NCBI RefSeq assembly: GCF_006345805.1
Contig: NW_021824053.1
Coordinates: 1-19,985, forward strand
DNA: 19,985 nucleotides
Source of the DNA: Octopus sinensis
Lineage: Eukaryota
Direction of reading: 5' to 3'
Below the pieces are notes generated by a model. It ran no database searches. It was given only the letters and a program-made list of their open reading frames with translations, and was not told the origin of the DNA. Each line of letters begins with the position of its first letter. Positions within the stretch are counted from its first letter, which is position 1. Of this stretch, positions 1 to 9,028 are shown in pieces. The position numbers and the translations under genes were made by a program.

Positions 1-20
1 ATACACACATACACCCCTAC

Positions 21-130
21 CACCTCCTCTTCCTCCTCCTTTTCATCCCCTTCCCCTCCTCTTCTTCTACCTCCCCTCACCTCTCTTCCTCTTCCACCTC
101 TAGCATATCCTCTTCCTTCCTCTTTCACCA
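21..130. repeat. C/T-rich polypyrimidine low-complexity tract
   Basis: Nearly pure cct/ctt/cctc sequence. Confidence 0.85.
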
Positions 131-328
131 CCATACATACATACATACATCATGGGAGCAACTGTCTTTGAAGACTCATACTGTCTTTGAATGCTTGAAA
201 TAGGGAGTAGATAGACAGCTGACAAATGATAAAGGGTCCTTTCTCTAAAGTTTACTTGTCCTGTGTTCCATTTTTTCTCTTGTTTATGTATTTCATGTTG
301 TTTGAACCATTGGTGACGTCCTGTACTT

Positions 329-482
329 AGGAGTGGCCGTGTGGTAAGTAGTTTGCTTACTAACCACATGGTTCTGGGTTCATTCCCACTGCACCTTGCG
401 TAAGTGTCTTCTACTATAATAGTCTCAGGTCAACCAAGCCTTGTGAGTCGATTTGGTAAACGGAAACTGAAAGAAGACCATC

Positions 483-524
<42 letters not shown>

Positions 525-674
525 ATGTGTGTGTATATATTTGTGTGTCTGTTTGTCCCCACTTCATCGCTTGACAACTGATGCTGGTGTATTTATGTCC
601 ACGTAAATTAGAAGTTCAGCAACAGAGCCTGATAGATGGAAACTGAAAGAAGCCCGTCGTATATGTGTGTGTGT

Positions 675-712
<38 letters not shown>

Positions 713-923
713 TATGTGTCTGTGTTTTGTTCCTCTGTCCCCTCACCCATCATCACTTGACAACAGATGTTGGTGTGTTTATGACCCTGTAACTTAGCAG
801 TTCGGCAAAAGAAACCAATAGAATAAGTACTAGGTTTACAAAGAACAAGTCCTGCGGTCGATTGCTGACTAAATGTGGTGATCCAGCATGGCCACTGATA
901 CAAGTAAAAGAGAGTAAAAGAGA
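329..923 (+). mobile_element. tRNA-derived SINE family A (CORE-like, octopus OR-type) with internal partial duplication
   Basis: Head aggagtggccgtgtggtaag, box-B-like ggttcattccc, CORE-like ccttgcgtaagtgtcttct, internal (TA)/(TG) tract and agtaaaagag tail. The segment starting ggaaactgaaagaag occurs twice (462 and 638). Confidence 0.85.
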
Positions 924-998
924 ACATATATCAATATATTATTTACTATTTATTATATACATATGTACATACATACAACTCCACAGCAGGAGTGTTAA

Positions 999-1236
999 GA
1001 CTGGTCCCTCTCTGGTCATGAAAAGTACTCATGGCAGCACCATGTGAAAGTGCCTGTGCAGTACCACATAGAAACGCTCATGTGGTGCCACATAAAAAGC
1101 ACCTAGCATACTGACTTCAGTGGTCAGCGTTAAGAAGAGCATCCAGTCAAAGAAACCATGCCAAATCAGACCGGAGTCTGGTGCATCTCCCCCAGCTTGC
1201 CAGCATGGGCAACAGATGTTAAATGATGATGATGAT
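999..1236 (+). mobile_element. Degenerate 3' end of RTE-type LINE with (TGA)n tail
   Basis: aagagcatccag...ccaaatcagaccggagtctggtgca...gttaaatgatgatgatgat matches the better copy at 2040-2227. Confidence 0.7.
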
Positions 1237-1408
1237 ACATACATACACACACAGACATGCATACACGCACAGACCTGCATACATACATACATACATACAT
1301 ACACATACACAGACATGCATACATACATACATACATATACACACACACATACATACATACATACATACATATATACATACATACATGCATGTATACATAC
1401 ATACATAC
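1237..1408. repeat. (TACA)n/(CA)n microsatellite
   Basis: Direct reading of the sequence. Confidence 0.95.
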
Positions 1409-1771
1409 ATACCAGTAATTATTGGGGCTCTGGGATATGTAACACACTGCCTAAATACCAATCTTGAGAAATAAGGCTTCTCAAAACCAGAAAGCATAAA
1501 GCTAATTCGAAGACTACATATTGAAGCCATCACTGGAACTGTAAAAATCTGTAAAACTTTCCAGAAGTTTATCATTTAAATATATATGAGCATGTCTAGA
1601 TATGCAACTATATGCATGAAAAGACATACATAAAATTTACATACATACATACATAGAAACAAAAATACCCTGTTGTTGATATTGAAATTCCAGTGAAGGA
1701 ACCTTGGATCTAAGTTAGAAACCAATTCTTACTCTATTGGCAGGAAATCTTGAAATAAACTTAATGACATA
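1409..1771 (+). pseudogene. 3' fragment of R4-like (restriction-like endonuclease) non-LTR retrotransposon: ORF end plus 3' UTR
   Basis: 1409-1579 translates IPVIIGALGYVTHCLNTNLEK*GFSKPESIKLIRRLHIEAITGTVKICKTFQKFII*. This matches the PVxIGALG...GT..I C-terminus of RLE elements and has one internal stop. The putative UTR ends in gacatac. Confidence 0.75.
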
Positions 1772-1777
1772 CTTACA

Positions 1778-2227
1778 GTGAGACCGTAACCTCATGGCCT
1801 TATCCTGGAGTGTAACCAGCCCACTTATGCGTACCTTTCCTTCATTGGACACTAAACTCTGTGAAATCGAAATCAAATTCGATGACTGGCATCCATGATA
1901 GTGGAGCGCTAAGAGTACCATCCGAGTGTCATCGTTGCCAGAGCAACAAACTGTCTTCCATGCAGGTGAACATAAAAAGCACCATTTGAGCGTGGCCTTT
2001 GCCAGTACCACCTGAATGGCCCTCATGCCGGTGGCACGTAAAAGCACCCACTACACTCTCAGAGTGGTTGGCATTAGGAAGGGCATCCAGCTGTAGTAAC
2101 CCTGCCAGATCAGATTGGAGCCTGGTGCAGCCATCTGGTTCACCAGACCTCAGTCAAATCGTCCAACCCATGCTAGCATGGAAAGCAGACGTTAAACAAT
2201 GATGATGATGATGATGATGATGATGAT
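1778..2227 (+). mobile_element. 5'-truncated RTE-clade LINE 3' UTR with about 3 tandem ~65-bp units and (TGA)n tail
   Basis: Colinear with the reverse complement of 9029-9700. Ends ccaacccatgctagcatggaaagcagacgttaaacaatgatgatgat. Confidence 0.8.
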
Positions 2228-2239
2228 ACAGCTATACAT

Positions 2240-2539
2240 ACTTTACTGCAATGTATCATCAGATGGAAGGATGAGCTTGTATAAGCAGAAGACTATGCTC
2301 GGATATGTTAGTAGAAAGCTCCTCAATGATAGTAATATTGATCATGAAATCAGTCTATCATGGACCAACAGTTAGATCCCACTTTGAAGGGTAATCATTT
2401 GCTATCCAGTAACAGGAAATATCAGCCAAATACTTGATGCACAAAAGGGACAGAGCCTCAGGAAAAAACAGCAAGATGTGATAACTGATGCAGACTTTGT
2501 GGAATTAACACCCATGATATCACCCACATCATAAGCAGT

Positions 2540-2543
<4 letters not shown>
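2240..2543 (+). pseudogene. RT-thumb to CCHC zinc-knuckle fragment of an R4-like RLE retrotransposon
   Basis: With stops and frameshifts it reads YKQKTMLGYVSRKLLNDSNIDHEISLSWT...SHFEG*SFAIQ*QEISAKYLMHKRD...CDN*CRLCGINTHDITHIISSC, which contains the CxxC...H...C knuckle. Confidence 0.75.
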
Positions 2544-2579
<36 letters not shown>

Positions 2580-2590
2580 TATATATATAT

Positions 2591-2908
2591 TACGGAGATG
2601 TACTCGCATAGCAAGTAATTTGATCTGAGATCGTGTGCTGAAACGAAAACAATTGCAGCGTGGAAGGTGTTTATAAGCCATCTAAGAACCACAAAAGCCG
2701 TTCGATTAACTTCAACATTTAAGTTTAATTGTCAAAATATTTTCGTCACTAAAATCCGCGACCTGTGATGCAGCACGGATTTTGTCAGTGAACAGGTCGT
2801 GGTCTTAAAGCGACGAAAATATTTTGACAAATTAAACTTAAATGTTGAAGTGAATCGAACGGCTTTTGTGTGTTTCTTAAATGGCTTATAAACACTTTCC
2901 ATGCTGCA

Positions 2909-2912
<4 letters not shown>
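2591..2912. mobile_element. Head-to-head inverted pair of a Penelope-like terminal repeat fragment (palindrome 2650-2912)
   Basis: 2650-2766 is the reverse complement of 2792-2912 with scattered mismatches and a 25-nt spacer. Flanked by (TA)n and contains a hammerhead motif. The PLE origin is inferred. Confidence 0.65.
2781..2831 (+). ncRNA. Minimal type I hammerhead ribozyme motif, G3-C8 variant
   Basis: Stem I tttgtca/tgacaaa; core GUGAACA plus an extra G; stem II gtcgt/gcgac; GAAA; palindromic stem III aaaatatttt; position 17 = U. Confidence 0.65.
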
Positions 2913-2941
<29 letters not shown>

Positions 2942-2944
<3 letters not shown>

Positions 2945-3480
2945 AAATAGGGTTCAGTAAAATTATTTTCTTTACCACACACTGAACTTTTTAGAAATAG
3001 CAGCCAAAAATTTTAGCTATTTCTTCTACTGTAAGAAAAATCTCCCAGACAATGTATACTAAAAAATAACTCACACAGGTATGCAGGGAAAAATGAAAGA
3101 TCACACCTATATAAGATTACCTGAGAACAGGCCCATTTCTGGATTAGTTGATTATAAAGATCAACACTTCCTTCGTCAGCTCAAGGATTTCTCAGATTTG
3201 GATTTGAAAGTACTAAAAATCAAACATACCCGTCTGGTACGAGTAATCCCAAACAAACCATATCAGACCGCCAGTACCAACGAATTCAAAAATACAAGTG
3301 AGGCCTCGCATTCGTCCCCTTCCTTTCACGTGGGTTACAGAGTGATACATTTCTACAGAGAGAACTGTAGTTAAAATTTCAGGGAGAGAGAATTATATTG
3401 TCAATAATAAAAGGGTAAAACTAATTAATTTTACCAAGTAGTGTTCAGTATGTAATTTTACCAAGTAGTGTTCAGTATTA
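2942..3480 (-). mobile_element. Putative Penelope-like terminal repeat fragment
   Basis: Contains a minus-strand hammerhead (3120-3186) followed by the shared tttggctgctatttcta motif (2992-3008). Bounded by (TA)n. A 27-bp-period direct duplication lies at 3427-3478. Confidence 0.5.
3120..3186 (-). ncRNA. Degenerate type I hammerhead ribozyme motif
   Basis: Minus strand reads ccttgag CTGACGA a gga agt gttgat ctttata atcaac taa tcc a GAAA tgggcctg T t ctcagg. Confidence 0.6.
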
Positions 3481-3483
3481 TTG

Positions 3484-3523
<40 letters not shown>

Positions 3524-3635
3524 ATTGAAAAATGGGATAAAATATTTATAAGAATTTATCAAGCAGTTAGCGTGAAAAAAACCTCATAAGGGAAAATTTA
3601 TTAATTATTCCTTTAAATATATTTATTAATATTAA

Positions 3636-3771
3636 AGGCATTACTATACATAAATGCCTCATGCTAGGAGAGACTCTTAAAGTCAAAACTACCATAATAG
3701 ACATATTTATTATGGTAGTTTTGACTTTAAGAGTCCCTCCTAGTGTGAGGCATTTATGTGTAGTAATGCCT
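3636..3771. repeat. Near-perfect palindrome/hairpin (64-bp arms, 8-nt loop)
   Basis: 3636-3699 pairs with 3708-3771 with 4 transition mismatches. Confidence 0.9.
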
Positions 3772-3784
3772 GTAATATAAATAA

Positions 3785-4250
3785 ATAAATATATATATAT
3801 ATATATTATATATATATACACATATATATATATATGTACACACACACACACACACACACATATATGTATATACACATTACAAATGACAAGCTTCTTAACC
3901 ACACATACAGGCAGACACTGGAGACAGAAACACATACGCCAACACACAGACACACACACCTACTCACAGACACACACACTCATACAGACGGACACACTGG
4001 ATATACACACACACATCCACTCACAGATATCCATACACATACACACACACATGCGCACATGTACACACATACACAGACACATCCACACACACATGCACAC
4101 ATATACATGCATATGTACACACACAGTCACACAGAGACACACAGACAAACACAGGACACACACACACACACACGTACACACACACAGACACACACAGAGT
4201 GACACATGCACACAAACACACACACAAATCCACATACGCACACGCTCGTA
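3785..4250. repeat. (TA)n then degenerate (CA)n microsatellite field
   Basis: Direct reading of the sequence. Confidence 0.9.
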
Positions 4251-4315
4251 ATTGATTATATCATCCTATCTTCTATTGAACCCCCTCCCCCCATATTTCA
4301 CCCCATAATCATGAA

Positions 4316-4378
4316 AGGTACATCTGCTCTAGCAGGATTTGAACTCAGTACCTAAAGAGCTGTAACTCAATACATGCC
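4316..4378 (-). mobile_element. Degenerate SINE head fragment
   Basis: gcaggatttgaactcag is the reverse complement of a box-B-like gagttcaaatcc, similar to the SINE B head. Confidence 0.45.
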
Positions 4379-4639
4379 ACACCACACCATGTTTTGTCTG
4401 TCACTCAAACAACTTTTGCCGATCCGATCCATCGTTCTGTCAGTCTTTAATTGATGTCTTCCAGAATATTCTCAGAACAACAAACAAACAAACAAAAAAA
4501 GAACAAACAAACCTGAAGAAAATCTGAAAGAAAATGGAAAAAACAAATAAAAAAAATAAGAATAAAGATAAAATAAAATAATCAATGAAAATTATAAAAA
4601 GGAGGGAAATCGAAAGGAGGAAGTTGTCATGTGACCATT

Positions 4640-5200
4640 TGTTGGTGTTGGTAGTGGTCTTCTTAGTGGTTGTGGTTATGGTTGTGGTGGTGTGGTGGTG
4701 GTAGTGGTCTTCTTAGTAGTGGTGGTTATGGTTGTGGTGGTGGTGGTGGTGGTAGTTGTGGTGGTGTGGTGGTGGTGGTAGTTGTGGTGGTGTGGTGGTG
4801 GTGGTGGTGGTTGTGGTTGTGGTTGTGGTGGTGATGGTGGTTGCAGTGGTGGTGGTGGTAGTGGTGCTGGTGGTGGTGTGGTGGTGGTGGTGGTAGTGGT
4901 GGTAGGTGTGGTGGCTGTGGTGGCAGTGCTGGTGGCAGTGGTGAGAGTGCTGGTGGTGGTGGTGATAGTGATGGTAGTTGCAGTGATAGTGGTAGTTGTG
5001 GTGGTGTGGAGTGGTGGTGGTGCTGGTGGCGGTTGTGGCAATCATTAGCAGTTGTGGTGGCAGTACTGGTTATGATGGTGGTGGATGGTGGTGATGGTGG
5101 TGATGGTAGTGTTAATGGTGGTGGTGGCAGTTGTTGGTGGTGGTGGTGATTGTGGTTATGCTTGTTATTGATGGTTGTGGTGGAAGTGCTGGCGATGACT
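4640..5200. repeat. Degenerate (GGT)n low-complexity tract with internal ~48-bp duplication
   Basis: The unit ggtagtggtcttcttagt...ggttatggttgtggtgg is repeated at about 4650 and 4698. Confidence 0.9.
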
Positions 5201-5349
5201 GTTTATGGTCTGATTGCTATTGTTGTTGTTGTTGTTAATCTCTAACAACAACAACAATGAGAAAACAACAGTGGAATAAACAAAACATTTTCATGTTGTT
5301 GTTATGCAACTAACAACAACAACAACATCTACAATGCATCATACTGTAG

Positions 5350-5488
5350 GTGTATGCTTCTATATATGTATATATGCATATATATATATTATATACATAT
5401 ATATATATATATATATATAGATATATATATTATATATACATATATATATATATATTTACATATAATATATATACATATTAATAATACA

Positions 5489-5523
<35 letters not shown>

Positions 5524-5766
5524 GTACATATATATATATATACTAATATATATGTATATATATATATACACATTATACACATATATATTGTGGTATATGT
5601 ATATATATGTTTATATATAAATATATAATATAGATGCATGTCTGTTAGTGTATATATGTATGAATAATTTATATATATATATAATGTATATGTATATGTA
5701 TATATATGTGCATATATGTAAATATATGTCTACATACATACATATATATATATACATATGTGTATA

Positions 5767-5805
<39 letters not shown>

Positions 5806-6720
5806 GCATATATATATACATATATATATATATGTGTTTATGTATGTGTGTGTGATTTCTACAAGATGTTATATCGATGTTTGTATATATATATATATAC
5901 CTACCAACTACAACATTGTAACGGATAGGAACATACACACATACACACATACGTACAGTCACATTTACATACACACCTATACATTTAGTCACATGTACAT
6001 ATACATATACACACACATACACACATACATGCACGCATACACACACACTAGCCATAAATACATCCACACACACACATTCACACATACATGCTGCCACATA
6101 CATTCAAACATATATGCATGCACATACACCCACATATATATACATACACATATACACTTCATACGGACATCCACACACACACTCACACACATGCAAACAC
6201 ATACATTTGCATACATACACACACACATACATATGCAAGCACATATATCTACACACATACATACACTCACATGCATACAAATACTCACACAACCCCTATA
6301 AACACATGCACACACATATGTATACTGTCACATCAACATATACACCCATAGATAGTCACATGTACACACACACACACATACACACACATAAACACACACA
6401 CACACACACACATAAACATACACACATAAACACACACACACATACACACACACATACCCACACACACACATAAACACACACACACACATACACACACATA
6501 CACACACATACACACACACATAAACATACACACATAAACACACACACACATAAACACACACACATAAACACACACACACACATACACACACATACACACA
6601 CATACACACATACATAAACATACACACATAAACACACACACATAAACACACACACACACATACACACATAAACACACACACACATAAACATACACACACA
6701 TGCACACTCACGCATGACTG
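5350..6720. repeat. Compound (TA)n, (CA)n and (CACATA/CATAAA)n microsatellite field
   Basis: Direct reading of the sequence. Confidence 0.95.
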
Positions 6721-6964
6721 TTATGTAAGCGTCAGTTCCTTATAGATCCGTATTGACCAACCAATAAACAGTGGAGTGTTCAATAATCAATCACTTGTCT
6801 ACAGTTGCTGCTACTATCACTTACACCGCTACCCTTGTTGCAGTCGTTTAACACCAGGTCAGTCCTGATGCAGTGGTCCTATGATTAGCGACGTTCCAAC
6901 CATGATCATCCAAACCCATATTCATGTCTCATCATGCATTAAACATGCTTGGACACTAAAGAGG

Positions 6965-7125
6965 AAGGAGTGGCTGTGTGAGTAAGATGTTCGGTTTCGA
7001 TCGCCATGGTTAGGAGTTCAGTTCCACCATATGGAACCTTGGACAGATGCCTCCCATTGTGGCTCTAGGCTGATCAAAAGTTTGTGAGGTGGATTTCGTT
7101 GATGGAAACAGAAAGAAGCCCATCA
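6965..7125 (+). mobile_element. Old, degenerate SINE A 5' half
   Basis: aggagtggctgtgtg...accttggacag...gatggaaacagaaagaagccc, then (TA)n. Confidence 0.7.
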
Positions 7126-7146
7126 TATATATATATATATATATAA

Positions 7147-7545
7147 GGTGCAGGAGTGGTTGTGTGGTAAGTAGCTTGTTTACCAACCACATGGTTCCGG
7201 GTTCAGTCCCACTGCGTGGCATCTTGGGCAAGTGTCTTCTACTATAGCCTCAAGCTGACCAAAGCCTTGTGAGTGGATTTGGTAGACGGAAACTGAAAGA
7301 AGCCCGTTGTATATATGTATATATATATAGGTGTGTGTGTATGTGTTTGTCCCCCTAGCATTGCTTGACAACCGATGCTGGTGTGTTTATGTCCCCGTCA
7401 CTTAGCGGTTCGACAAAAGAGACCGATAGAATAAGTATTGGGCTTACAAAGAATAAGTCCCGGTGTGCAAGTGCTCGATTAAAGGCGGTGCTCCAGCATG
7501 GCGCAGTCAAATGACTGAAAACAAGTAAAAGAGTAAAGGAGAAAG
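7147..7545 (+). mobile_element. Full-length SINE A
   Basis: ggtgcaggagtggttgtgtggtaag head, ggttcagtccc box B, ttgggcaagtgtcttct CORE-like segment and aagtaaaagagtaaaggag tail. Confidence 0.92.
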
Positions 7546-7547
7546 TG

Positions 7548-7595
<48 letters not shown>

Positions 7596-7733
7596 TATAT
7601 ATAATATAATAATATATAATATAAGGTAACAATTAGTAGTTTGAAAAAACCAATAATTTTTATGGGTAGATTTCGGTATGTAAATATGTAGGAACTTTTT
7701 TTTTAAAAGTTCTATATATATTGTATATAAATA

Positions 7734-7845
7734 AAAAGGGGCAGGCAACAAGAGTCTTATTTGTAGAAAATAGAAATAAACAGTCTTTGACTGCTATTTC
7801 TAATTTTTCAGTATGTGGCTAAGCAACCTGTTGCCTGCCCCTTTT
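7734..7845. repeat. Mini fold-back element with 17-bp terminal inverted repeats
   Basis: aaaaggggcaggcaaca (7734-7750) and tgttgcctgcccctttt (7829-7845). Internal tttgactgctatttcta motif; TA-rich flanks. Confidence 0.7.
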
Positions 7846-8237
7846 ATATATATATATCGTCTTCTAAGAGTTATACGTTCTCGTCCATGTTGTATTTTTC
7901 TACATACCTTAATATATATATATATATATTATCTATATATATGAAACTAGCATGATAATCTAACACATCTCACTCATGGTGGGGAGTGTCAACTCTCCTG
8001 TCAATGTGAAGGGACCATGTGCTTTTTGTGGCTAAGGAGTCTATGACTCCTATTTTTAGCAATGCTGGTGCTCTCCGCACCCTTGTCACTCTTAGTGAGG
8101 ATGAATTACTTTCTTGTTGGTTTTAAATTGCTAACAGCCACCTTAATTATTTATTTATAAGTATAATATATATATATATATATATATATTATAATATATA
8201 TGTATTATATATAGCTATATATATATATGTATATATA

Positions 8238-8287
<50 letters not shown>

Positions 8288-8292
8288 TCATA

Positions 8293-8787
8293 TAGGGTGG
8301 CAAAAAATTTTGTAGAATTTTTTTGCCACCAGCGGCCTAGTGGGAAAAATTAAATAGTCATAGACCATTTTTAAGTTCAACATCACAATCAAGGAACGGC
8401 CATAATAGGCCATTCACCCACTAGAAATAACAGCCAAAGCTTCAACCGCAAAATAACATTAATTCCGTAAACCAGGAGAAAATTAAAAAACATTTACCCT
8501 GTAATTTCTTATACGATGCACCACCGTTTCATCTACTGTTTAATGGTAAACTAACCTGATTAAATTAAATCAAGCCAATCTTCCATAGGCCTTAGATTCG
8601 TCAGTAAGAAATAGCCAGATCGGAACAGATATTTTCACGAGGCATTTCTGTCCCTGCCTCGGCAATATCTGACCTAAAATTTTCAAATCATCGCACTCGC
8701 GCCAAATTATCGGCATTTGCGTTGAAGCTTTGGCTGTTATTTCTAGTGGGGTGAAATGGCCTATTATGGCCGTTCCTTGATTGTGAT
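8293..8787 (-). mobile_element. Hammerhead-containing fold-back element (putative Penelope-like terminal derivative)
   Basis: Inverted repeat 8382-8446/8721-8787, hairpins at 8296-8330 and 8626-8671, central hammerhead, (TA)n on both sides. Confidence 0.65.
8504..8612 (-). ncRNA. Type I hammerhead ribozyme with intact core (GUA cleavage site)
   Basis: Minus strand: stem I atttctta/taagaaat; CUGACGA; stem II atcta/tagat with a long structured insert; GAAA; stem III acggtg/catcgt with a gtg loop; A17 at 8512. Confidence 0.85.
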
Positions 8788-8802
8788 ATATATATATATA
8801 TG

Positions 8803-8834
<32 letters not shown>

Positions 8835-8892
8835 TATTGTATATATATTATATATATGTATATATATATATGTATATATATATATATAATGT

Positions 8893-8926
<34 letters not shown>

Positions 8927-8938
8927 ATATCTATATAT

Positions 8939-8969
<31 letters not shown>

Positions 8970-8988
8970 TGTATATATATATATAATG

Positions 8989-9024
<36 letters not shown>

Positions 9025-9025
9025 T
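8788..9025. repeat. (TA)n microsatellite
   Basis: Direct reading of the sequence. Confidence 0.95.
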
Positions 9026-9028
9026 TAC

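Noticed and set aside
2256-2262. CTGATGA on the minus strand
   Set aside because: There is no stem II or GAAA in register, and it lies in a retrotransposon ORF remnant.
3081-3374. 97-aa ORF MQGKMKDHTY...
   Set aside because: It has no recognisable domain, lies in a TA-flanked repeat, and overlaps an antisense hammerhead motif.
7869-7890. Half-hammerhead on the minus strand (ggac gagaac gt a taactctta)
   Set aside because: The CUGA half is missing and GAAA is interrupted.
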